Below, piece by piece: positions 17,791 through 26,109 of a stretch of 64,000 bases of DNA. The stretch is from Candidatus Magasanikiibacteriota bacterium (lineage in GTDB: Bacteria > Patescibacteriota > Patescibacteriia > Magasanikbacterales > UBA922): the NCBI GenBank assembly GCA_049287025.1, contig JBAQFA010000051.1, positions 65,697 to 129,696 on the forward strand, written 5' to 3'. The position numbers were made by a program, and so were the translations under genes. The notes under the pieces were generated by a model. The model was not told where the DNA came from, did not search any database, and was given only the letters and a program-made list of their open reading frames with translations. Positions within the stretch are counted from its first letter, which is position 1. Each line of letters starts with the position of its first letter.

Positions 17791-20433
17791 ATGCCAGCAA
17801 AAAGAAATGTACAATTGAGGTCTTGTTCTCTGTGCGGTCGCACTGGTCATAATCGAGCGCGGTGTAAAAATAATATTGCAGAGACAAAAATTGAAAAAAA
17901 GGCTAAACCAACGCAAAAAAACAAATTATCAACTAAGAAAAAGTTGGTAAAAAAGATAGCGGAGGATTTTTTTGTTTCTCAAAAAATTGGTTTAGGTAAG
18001 CCTATACTTGTTAGAAGCGAGATTAATACCAAATCATCACCGCACATAATAAATTTGAAACGAAAAGAAGAAACAGTTTGGGACAAAGTTGGTGTTTATC
18101 AGGAAAAGGGTTTAATCCAAAAACAAAATGTGGTGGTAGATTTTGGGCAAATGGTAAAGAAGGCTAACGCCGTTGGATTGGGAATGAGGAGTAGGGGTTT
18201 GGAGGCGAGAAATATTAAAATACATAAATCAGATTCAGTGTTGAATAATAATTATAAAAAAAATAAACAGAAAATAAATATTAATTCAGTCTTCGCTAAC
18301 CTGTCTGTGCGGGCAGGAGCTGTGATGGACAAGCAAAAATTAAACAGAAATTTTACAAAAATTAAAAATATTATTTTAAGTACGTGGAATTCTACATTCT
18401 ACATTCTACATTCTACATTCCGAAATTTCAATTACAAAAAGTTAGCTTATGCTTCTTTAGTTTTATTAATACTAATTAGTTTACCATTTCCAGCTTTTAG
18501 TTATTACAATAGTGTGCAAAATACTAGTGCCAGAATAGTAGAGGCGAGTACCAATGCTTTTTTATCTTTACAGTCTTCAACGGTGGCGGCTATGAATTAC
18601 AACATTCCTCAAGCGCAATTTGATTTGAATGAAGCTTTAATTTCATTTGGTGAAGCCAATACAATTGTAGACAAAGAACATCAAGTGTTGCAGTATGTGG
18701 CTGGCCTTTTACCCGTGGTTGGTACCCAAGTAACTAGTCGTCAACATTTATTAGTAGCTGGTCACCACTTGGCTTTGGGTAATACTTATCTTGTAAAGGG
18801 TTTAAAAGAAGTGGAAGATAATAATAGTTTTTCTACAACTGACAAAATTAAAATTATTGCTAATCATTTGTCTAGTGCTATACCACAATACGAAGAAGCC
18901 TTGGCTGATTTGAGTGCAGTTGATTCTTCGGCTGTGCCAGTTGAATATCAAGAATCTTTTAATGATTTTAAGGTTTTATTTACGGCTCTAGTTGATGATA
19001 TGAATGACATCGTTGATTTGTCTGATTCTCTAGATTTAATTTTTGGTTCAGACCAATTAAAAAGATATTTGCTTGTATTTCAAAATAATAGTGAACTACG
19101 TCCGACAGGTGGTTTCATGGGTAGTTTTGCGATTATGGATGTGCAAAAAGGCAAAATTACAAATTTGGATATTCCGGGTGGTGGAACTTATGATTTACAA
19201 GGTCAATTGAATGAATATCTTAAACCACCATTACCTTTGCAATTGTCTAATGATAGATGGGAATTTCAAGATGCCAATTGGTTTCCAGATTTTCCAGCTA
19301 GCGCAAAAAAGATTGCCTGGTTTTATGAACATGGTCGTGGTACCACGGTTGATGGGGTAATAGCTCTCAATGCTTCAGTTTTGGAAAGACTTTTATCAGT
19401 TTTGGGTCCAGTGACAAATTCAGAAAATAATTTGACATTGGCATCTGATAATGTTTTACCTCAATTACAATACAAAGTAGAAGTTGATTATGATAAAGAA
19501 GAAAATAAGCCAAAAGAAATTTTGTCAGATTTGGCTTCGCAATTTTTAAATAGTATGACTCAGTTGGATGCCATGAGTGCCATTCGTCTTTTGTCAGAAT
19601 TAAATGAAGCTTTGACACAAAAAGAAATTCAAGTTTATTTTAATGATAGTATGCTCGAGTCCAAGATGAAAAGTTTTGGCTGGGCTGGAGAAATTATTAA
19701 TAATACGAATGATCAAGATTATTTGTATGTAGTGAATACTAATATCCATGGACAAAAGAGTGATGCAAAAATAAAACAAACAATTGAACATCAAGCGGTA
19801 ATTGATGACAGTGGTTCAATTTTGGATACAGTGGTAATTACTCGGGAGCATACCGGTACACCAGGAGAAATGTTTTTTGGTGTTAACAATGTGGACTATA
19901 TTAGAGTTTATGTTCCAGCTGAGGCAGAATTAGTTGAAGCGGGTGGTTTTGTTTATCCGCCCGAAGAAGCTTTTTATGTGCCAGAGGATTGGTATAAAAT
20001 TGATTCTGATTTGGAAACCAATGAAAAGGAAATTAATATTGATAAAAAAACCGGTACGAGAATTACTAGCGAATTTGGTAAAACCGCTTTTGGTAATTGG
20101 ACAATGACTGCTCCTGGTCAAATCAGTAAAGTTTATTTTACTTACAAATTACCTTTTAAAGTGATAACGGAAAATAATAAAGAAGAGACGACTTTTGAAA
20201 AATGGAAAAAAACTTTTGTAGGTGAAGCGACCGAAGTATCACGTTATAGTTTGTTTGTCCAAAAACAATCTGGGATTGATAGTGATTTTAATTCTCGGGT
20301 TATTTACCCAGCCAACTGGACACCAATTTGGCAAGAAAATGAAAATTTGCAGATGGCTGTTAATGGGGCCGAGTTTTCAACCAGACTCAAGACTGATGAT
20401 TTTTTTGGATTAATAATGGAAAAAAATAATTAA
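17791..20433 (+). CDS. Membrane protein with an N-terminal CCHC zinc knuckle and a large extracytoplasmic DUF4012-like domain
   Basis: 880 aa. 'CSLCGRTGHNRARC' fits C-x2-C-x4-H-x4-C. One TM helix near aa 215-235. 'NNSELRPTGGFMGSFAIMDV...DANWFPDFP' is as recalled for DUF4012. Confidence 0.55.
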   Translation: MPAKRNVQLRSCSLCGRTGHNRARCKNNIAETKIEKKAKPTQKNKLSTKKKLVKKIAEDFFVSQKIGLGKPILVRSEINTKSSPHIINLKRKEETVWDKVGVYQEKGLIQKQNVVVDFGQMVKKANAVGLGMRSRGLEARNIKIHKSDSVLNNNYKKNKQKININSVFANLSVRAGAVMDKQKLNRNFTKIKNIILSTWNSTFYILHSTFRNFNYKKLAYASLVLLILISLPFPAFSYYNSVQNTSARIVEASTNAFLSLQSSTVAAMNYNIPQAQFDLNEALISFGEANTIVDKEHQVLQYVAGLLPVVGTQVTSRQHLLVAGHHLALGNTYLVKGLKEVEDNNSFSTTDKIKIIANHLSSAIPQYEEALADLSAVDSSAVPVEYQESFNDFKVLFTALVDDMNDIVDLSDSLDLIFGSDQLKRYLLVFQNNSELRPTGGFMGSFAIMDVQKGKITNLDIPGGGTYDLQGQLNEYLKPPLPLQLSNDRWEFQDANWFPDFPASAKKIAWFYEHGRGTTVDGVIALNASVLERLLSVLGPVTNSENNLTLASDNVLPQLQYKVEVDYDKEENKPKEILSDLASQFLNSMTQLDAMSAIRLLSELNEALTQKEIQVYFNDSMLESKMKSFGWAGEIINNTNDQDYLYVVNTNIHGQKSDAKIKQTIEHQAVIDDSGSILDTVVITREHTGTPGEMFFGVNNVDYIRVYVPAEAELVEAGGFVYPPEEAFYVPEDWYKIDSDLETNEKEINIDKKTGTRITSEFGKTAFGNWTMTAPGQISKVYFTYKLPFKVITENNKEETTFEKWKKTFVGEATEVSRYSLFVQKQSGIDSDFNSRVIYPANWTPIWQENENLQMAVNGAEFSTRLKTDDFFGLIMEKNN

Positions 20434-20454
20434 AATTATATTTGATAAAATTTT

Positions 20455-22371
20455 ATGATACAAAATAATAATAGAGAAAATACTGATCATGAGTTTGTAA
20501 AAATTGATTTGGATAAAAAATCAATTGCCAAAAAGACAACCGTTTCTAAACCAATTGTAAAAAGAAAAGTTGAAAAAACCAGTGTAAATAAAGGTGAACA
20601 AAAAATAAAAAAAGAATTGCAGGAAATTTATAAAAATGATGATGGGACTATGCCTAACATGAAAGATTTTAAAAAAAAGAAAAAAAGAGGCTTAGCCAGA
20701 GCATTTATGACACTGTTGTTGGCTTGCTCATTTTTGGCTGGGGTAGCTTGGTTAGGTTTTTTTGTTTTTCAGCCCAAGGTTCAATTTGCTGAAAATGATG
20801 TAGTCTTGGCCATTGAAGGTAAAGAAAATGTCATGGTGGGGGAGGAAGTTAAATATCGGGTAAAATATAATAATATTCAGAATTCATCTTTAAAAAATGT
20901 AAAGCTGCAGATTCGTTATCCAGAAGGTTTTGTTTTTAACAATGCTAGTGTGAAACCAACCAATGAAAAACAAGATGAATGGGAGCTTGGTTCATTGGGG
21001 CAAAATGCTGATAATTATATTGATATTTTTGGTCAGATGTATGGCAGTTTGGAAGAAAAACAGTCTTTTCGCGCTTTCTTAAATTATACTCCAGATAACT
21101 TTAGTTCCGAGTTTCAAAAAGTGACTAGTTTAAATATTCAGATCACTGGGTCTCCAGTAGAAATTAATATTAAATCACCAAATGAAGCTGTGCCAGGATC
21201 AGAAATAGAATTTTTAGTAGAGGCAACCAATCGTGAGGAAATAAAAAAAGATAATATGTTTTTGGTTATGGAGCCAGCTGGTGGTTTTGTCAAAACTACT
21301 AGTAGTTTGTTAAATATTCCAGACGAAGAGTATCAGTGGAGCTTGGCATCCTTTGGTGATAAAAATAGTTTATCAATAAAAGGGAGTTTTAATCCAGAAG
21401 TCGGCACTGAAGAGGCAAAAGTAGTTTTTAAAGTTGTTGGTTGGAAAGATGTAGACAGACAGTCTGATCCTTATGTTTATTTAATGAAAGAAGTTCCAGT
21501 AAAATTATTAAAAACTGATTTGTCTTTAAATTTGGCAATTAATGGTTCAATTAATGATATTAAAGTAGAACCAGGAGAAGTTTTGAATACCAGTATCATT
21601 CTAAAAAATGCTGGCAGTTCACTTTTAAAGAATTTTAGTGTTAGATTGGTTTATGAAACACCATCATATAATGGTTTGAGTATGCTTGATTGGCGGGCAT
21701 TGACTGATAAAGCTGATGGCGACATAATTGGTGAACAGATTAATCCTCAAACTAGACGAGGTATAATAAATTGGACCTCTAAACATATTAGTGATTTGCG
21801 CCAGCTAGATCCAAATGAAGAATTAAATATTGACCTAAATATTCCATTTAAAGATTCAACTGACGTGGATCTGACAAAGTTTATTGGTACTAATGCTAAA
21901 GTTTTTGTAGAAGTAAAATATGATACAGATAGTGGACAAAAATTACTTACCAGTAATGAAATAAACATGATAATTAATTCTGATTTGAAGTTTGAGGTTC
22001 GTGATCAAGTAAAACAAGATTCACAAAATAAAGATGTTCATACTTTTACTTGGTTATTATCCAATAATTATCATGAACTTAAAGATATAGAAATTTCCGC
22101 TGATATCTATGGTGATATTGCTTGGCAAGAAGAAAATCTAGTTGTACCAGCTGGTGAGGCTAAGTGGGATGACAAAGAAAAGAAATTAGTTTGGAAAGTT
22201 GCTTCAATGCCAACCAGTCTAGATGTTTTGGCCTTACAATTTAGTTTTGTTTTAAATAGTAAAAATCCATCACAAACAAATCTAACTTCCAAAGTTAGTG
22301 TCAAAGCTACAGATACTATTACTGGAGAAGAAATATTAAAATCTGGTAATGAAGTTTTGTTAAATCAATAA
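20455..22371 (+). CDS. Membrane-anchored protein with repeated DUF11/CARDB-like beta-sandwich domains
   Basis: 638 aa. Lys-rich N-terminus, one TM helix ('AFMTLLLACSFLAGVAWLGFFVF'), then several repeats of the 'G..V.Y.V...N........V.L....P.GF' type. Confidence 0.5.
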   Translation: MIQNNNRENTDHEFVKIDLDKKSIAKKTTVSKPIVKRKVEKTSVNKGEQKIKKELQEIYKNDDGTMPNMKDFKKKKKRGLARAFMTLLLACSFLAGVAWLGFFVFQPKVQFAENDVVLAIEGKENVMVGEEVKYRVKYNNIQNSSLKNVKLQIRYPEGFVFNNASVKPTNEKQDEWELGSLGQNADNYIDIFGQMYGSLEEKQSFRAFLNYTPDNFSSEFQKVTSLNIQITGSPVEINIKSPNEAVPGSEIEFLVEATNREEIKKDNMFLVMEPAGGFVKTTSSLLNIPDEEYQWSLASFGDKNSLSIKGSFNPEVGTEEAKVVFKVVGWKDVDRQSDPYVYLMKEVPVKLLKTDLSLNLAINGSINDIKVEPGEVLNTSIILKNAGSSLLKNFSVRLVYETPSYNGLSMLDWRALTDKADGDIIGEQINPQTRRGIINWTSKHISDLRQLDPNEELNIDLNIPFKDSTDVDLTKFIGTNAKVFVEVKYDTDSGQKLLTSNEINMIINSDLKFEVRDQVKQDSQNKDVHTFTWLLSNNYHELKDIEISADIYGDIAWQEENLVVPAGEAKWDDKEKKLVWKVASMPTSLDVLALQFSFVLNSKNPSQTNLTSKVSVKATDTITGEEILKSGNEVLLNQ

Positions 22372-22375
22372 AAAT

Positions 22376-22765
22376 ATGAACCCAGAAAAAATAAAAGTTA
22401 TTTGGGATGACAAAGATAAGTTAGTCTATATAAAATTAGTAGGTGAGTTTGATCAAGACCATGCTGAACAAGCCGTTCAAAAATATCGAGAAGTTTTGGA
22501 TGAAATAGAAGAAAAAGATATTGTTTTGAATAAAGTTTTATATGATATTACTGAAGCTGGTGATGCTACGATTGGCGCCAGAAGAATTTTTGCTAGTTTT
22601 GCCAGAAGTATTACTCAGAGTTTTAAAAATTTAAAAGTTGCATATATAGATGGACCAAGGTTGGCTATGATTGTTAGTCGTTTTATCCATAGACTTACAA
22701 GTATTGGGGAAGTAAGATATTTTAAAACAGAAGAAGATGCGAGAGGATGGCTAAGAGGAGAATAA
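22376..22765 (+). CDS. Small hypothetical protein (STAS-like fold possible)
   Basis: 129 aa. Starts 5 bp after the upstream gene. No confident domain. Confidence 0.45.
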   Translation: MNPEKIKVIWDDKDKLVYIKLVGEFDQDHAEQAVQKYREVLDEIEEKDIVLNKVLYDITEAGDATIGARRIFASFARSITQSFKNLKVAYIDGPRLAMIVSRFIHRLTSIGEVRYFKTEEDARGWLRGE

Positions 22766-22781
22766 CGTTTGTAAAATATAA

Positions 22782-22807
22782 AACTAGCTATAAAGCTAGT
22801 TTTTTTG
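22782..22807. terminator. Bidirectional terminator
   Basis: aactagc-tataaa-gctagtt followed by T7. Abuts the 3' end of the minus-strand tRNA-Arg. Confidence 0.55.
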
Positions 22808-22809
22808 AT

Positions 22810-22884
22810 TGGTGCCCTCGGCAGGAGTCGAACCCACATTACCAGGTTCGAAGCCTGGTGTCCTATCCGTTGAACGACGAGGGC
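22810..22884 (-). tRNA. tRNA-Arg (anticodon TCG)
   Basis: Minus-strand sequence GCCCTCG...CGAGGGC-A-CCA. Anticodon stem CCAGG/CCTGG with loop CTTCGAA. T-loop TTCGACT. CCA is encoded. Confidence 0.85.
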
Positions 22885-22961
22885 AAAAAAACACGATACA
22901 AAATACACTTATCACTACACAAATAATATGTATCGTGTTATGTGTGTCATGTATCGTGTTT

Positions 22962-23037
22962 TGGTACGCCGCCTGGGGATTGAACCCAGGACCTTGGGCT
23001 TAAGAGGCCCCTGCTCTACCAACTGAGCTAGCGGCGC
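22962..23037 (-). tRNA. tRNA-Lys (anticodon CTT)
   Basis: Minus-strand sequence GCGCCGC-TA-GCTCAGTTGGTAGAGC-A-GGGGC-CTCTTAA-GCCCA-AGGTC-CTGGG-TTCAATC-CCCAG-GCGGCGT-A-CCA. Confidence 0.85.
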
Positions 23038-23057
23038 GCGTGTAAAATTTTATAATT

Positions 23058-23840
23058 CTACTCAAAATATTCACTTTTTGTATCTTGTTTAATTATATTT
23101 ATTTTTGGGCCAGGCCATTTTTTTATTTCCAAAGCATTTTCTGCCGCATTTACTTGAGCTTCTTGTTTACTGCTACCACGACCTTCGGCAATTTTTTCTT
23201 TATCTAAGTATACACCAACAATAAATTCCTTGGCATGATCAGGGCCGTCTTCTTGGATTACTTTGTAAGTTGGAGTAATGCCAATAATTTCTTGAGCTGA
23301 TTCTTGGAATCTTGATTTTGGATCCATCCACAAACCTTTTTCTAAGACTTCTGGTAATTTGGAAATAAACCATCTTAAAATAAATTGTTTGGCCATATCC
23401 CAACCCTGATCAACATAGATAGCACCGATTAATGATTCCATGACTTTAGCTAGAATATATTCTCTGGCTTTAGTGCCAGCGTCTTTGGATTCACCATGGC
23501 TCAAAAATAAGTATGGCTCCATGTCAATTTCACTGGCAATCTGGGCGCACATCTTGGCGTTTACCAGAGCGGCACGCCAATTGGTCAATTCACCCTCGGG
23601 ATTTTGATAATTTTCAAATAAATGTTCAGTAATAACTAATTCTAATACGGCATCACCCAAGAATTCTAACCGTTCATTGTGACCCAAAGCAAAATCACGA
23701 TTTTCATTTAAATAAGAACGATGAACCAAAGCCTGAACAATATAATTGGAATTATTAAATTTTATGCCGATTCTATCTTCAAGGTTTTTAAATTTTTTTT
23801 CTTTGTATTGTTCAACGACTTGCATAATTTTCTCCATCAT
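23058..23840 (-). CDS. rnc: Ribonuclease III
   Basis: Signature 'ERLEFLGDAVLELVITEHLF' and a C-terminal dsRBD ('GPDHAKEFIVGVYLDKEKIAEGRGSSKQEAQVNAAENAL'). Start moved to the internal ATG at 23840 (MMEKIMQ...). The track ORF extends to 23909. Confidence 0.85.
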   Translation of the reverse strand: MMEKIMQVVEQYKEKKFKNLEDRIGIKFNNSNYIVQALVHRSYLNENRDFALGHNERLEFLGDAVLELVITEHLFENYQNPEGELTNWRAALVNAKMCAQIASEIDMEPYLFLSHGESKDAGTKAREYILAKVMESLIGAIYVDQGWDMAKQFILRWFISKLPEVLEKGLWMDPKSRFQESAQEIIGITPTYKVIQEDGPDHAKEFIVGVYLDKEKIAEGRGSSKQEAQVNAAENALEIKKWPGPKINIIKQDTKSEYFE

Positions 23841-24014
23841 CTCGAGTGAGCCTGAATAGGCGACGAGAGATCCCTTAAATAAAAAGGTTAGATGGACACA
23901 CAGATTCAACTAATTTAACGAATTGGAACTGATCTTTTGTTAGGTTAAAACAATCCGTTCAAATTCGTCTAATTTGTTGAACTAGTAATCCGGTTTAAAA
24001 TTAATAAAGAACTC

Positions 24015-24443
24015 TTATTCTTTTTTTACTTCTATATTTTTATAAATTGCTCCTAATACACCATTAACAAATTTGCCACTAGATTGTCCACCGTAAGTTT
24101 TGGCTACCTCAATGGCTTCATTGATCGCAACTTTGGCGGGAATTTTATCATTAAATTTTAATTCATAAATACCAATCCGCAAAACATTTCTATCTACGAG
24201 TGATAATTGTTCTAAAGGCCAATTGGTGGCATACTGGGTTATTATTTTATCAATTTCAGACAAATTATTGATAACCCCGTCCACAGTATCATAGACATAT
24301 TGTTTATCTTCATTTAGTCCAGCGCCAAATTCTTCTAGGTTCTGATCAATAATGGCAGGCAAAACAGCCGTGGGTTGATTTTTGAAATCCCATTGATACA
24401 AAGATTGCATGACAATTGATCTGGCTAAATGACGATTGGACAT
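24015..24443 (-). CDS. nusB: Transcription antitermination factor NusB
   Basis: 142 aa. '[17 protein letters not shown]' matches the NusB N-terminal signature. Typical all-helical length. Confidence 0.75.
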   Translation of the reverse strand: MSNRHLARSIVMQSLYQWDFKNQPTAVLPAIIDQNLEEFGAGLNEDKQYVYDTVDGVINNLSEIDKIITQYATNWPLEQLSLVDRNVLRIGIYELKFNDKIPAKVAINEAIEVAKTYGGQSSGKFVNGVLGAIYKNIEVKKE

Positions 24444-24525
24444 AAGACATTGATTACACAGATTATTATGGATTTCACTGACTTTACAATATTTTGTTGG
24501 TTTATAAAATCAGTCCCAATCTATG

Positions 24526-24756
24526 TTATTTTGAAGTCTTACCAGTGGCTTTATGACTGCGTTTCAATCTAGCAGTGCGTTTTTCTACATTGACGACACT
24601 TTTGCCACGGTAGTTGCCACATTTGGCACAGGCAACATGAGGCTTGATAACAGCATTGCAAGTACTACATTTGGTGGTAGTGGTTTTTTTCAAAGCAAAA
24701 TGAGAAGCTCGGTCATGCTTTGATCTAGGTGTGCGTTTTTTTGAAGGTAGACCCAT
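24526..24756 (-). CDS. rpmF: 50S ribosomal protein L32
   Basis: 'KKRTPRSKHDRASHFALKKTTTTKCSTCNAVIKPHVACAKCGNY' is an L32 zinc-ribbon type. Start chosen at the internal ATG 24756 (MGLPSKK...). The track ORF extends to 24846. Confidence 0.7.
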   Translation of the reverse strand: MGLPSKKRTPRSKHDRASHFALKKTTTTKCSTCNAVIKPHVACAKCGNYRGKSVVNVEKRTARLKRSHKATGKTSK

Positions 24757-24896
24757 ATAAAATAAATTATAAATTACAAATGTCAAATTCCAAATGTTTG
24801 GAAAATAAGCTGGGAATATTATACAATAAATAGAAAATAAAATCAAGAGGTGGTCCAGGAATTGCTAAAAATCCGTTTTTTCGCTAGAATAGTAGT

Positions 24897-25835
24897 ATGT
24901 TAGAGAATAATAGACAGCTAGATTTGGCTGAATTTTTACAATCCAGTGAATGGGGCAGGTTTCAAGAGTCCACCGGTAAAAAGGTGGTAAATTTTGTGAT
25001 TGATGATATTCAGATACAGGGGCTTGAACACAGTCTGTCTTTTTTAGGGAAATATTTGTATATTCCCAGACTTAAGACATCAGACCTAAGACTTAAGAAT
25101 GTAATTGAATATTTAAAAAGTTCAGATTATATCTTTTTGAGGATAGAACCAATTGAAGAATTTTCAATTTTAAATTTTAAATTTTCAATGATTAAGAATA
25201 GACAGCCACAGACTACTTTAATTTTAGATTTAACAAAATCAGAAGAGCAGTTATTACAAGCCATGCATACCAAGACTCGTTATAATATTCATTTGGCGGA
25301 AAAGCATAATGTAGAAGTGAAAAATGAAAAAGATGTAAATGTTTTTTGGAATTTGAATTTGGAAACTACAGAACGTGATAAATTTAAAAGCCATGATAAA
25401 GATTATTATAAAAAAATGCTGGATAGCGGAATGGCTTTTCAATTAACAGCTTATTATAATGATAAAGCTATTGCTTCAAATATATTTATAAATTATAAAA
25501 ATACTTTTACTTATTTGCACGGAGCTTCGTCCGGAGAATTTAGAAATTTAATGGCACCATATTTATTACAATGGGAAGGAATAAAATTTGCTAAGAGTCA
25601 GGGCTGTGATTATTATGATTTTTGGGGGATTGCCCCTCAGGTAAAAGAAAACGATAAAAAATCCCGTAGTTGTTTTCATAATTTATGTTGGGAAGTTAAT
25701 CATAAATGGACCGGAGTGACTCGTTTTAAAGCAGGCTTTGGCGGACAGGTGAAAGAATATCCAGAAGGAGTAGATATTATTTTAAATAAAAATAAATACA
25801 AAATATATAAAATTATTAGGTTTTTTTGGCTTTAA
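24897..25835 (+). CDS. FemAB-family peptidoglycan interpeptide-bridge aminoacyltransferase-like protein
   Basis: 312 aa. 'FLQSSEWGRFQ', 'TLILDLTKSEEQLLQAMHTKTRYNIHLAEK', 'YDFWGI' are FemX/FemA-like. Carries an in-frame repeat at 25065-25101. Confidence 0.55.
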   Translation: MLENNRQLDLAEFLQSSEWGRFQESTGKKVVNFVIDDIQIQGLEHSLSFLGKYLYIPRLKTSDLRLKNVIEYLKSSDYIFLRIEPIEEFSILNFKFSMIKNRQPQTTLILDLTKSEEQLLQAMHTKTRYNIHLAEKHNVEVKNEKDVNVFWNLNLETTERDKFKSHDKDYYKKMLDSGMAFQLTAYYNDKAIASNIFINYKNTFTYLHGASSGEFRNLMAPYLLQWEGIKFAKSQGCDYYDFWGIAPQVKENDKKSRSCFHNLCWEVNHKWTGVTRFKAGFGGQVKEYPEGVDIILNKNKYKIYKIIRFFWL

Positions 25836-26109
25836 TATTGCCTTTTTTGTGCATATCTTGACTTTTTCTTGATTTTATGCTATATTATTATGTTGATTTG
25901 TGATATAATGAAGACAAAATTAATTTCTTTTTATGAATAAAATAAAGGAAATTTTGGCTAAATTTTGGGATATTTTTACGGTTTATAAACAAGGTAGAGA
26001 CAGATTAGAAAAGGAAGAATATCAGATAATTAAGGATGCAATAGAGGAAGCTAAAATAAACAAAATTCAAAAAATTAGAGAACATATAAATAAATTATAA
26101 TTTTTTACT

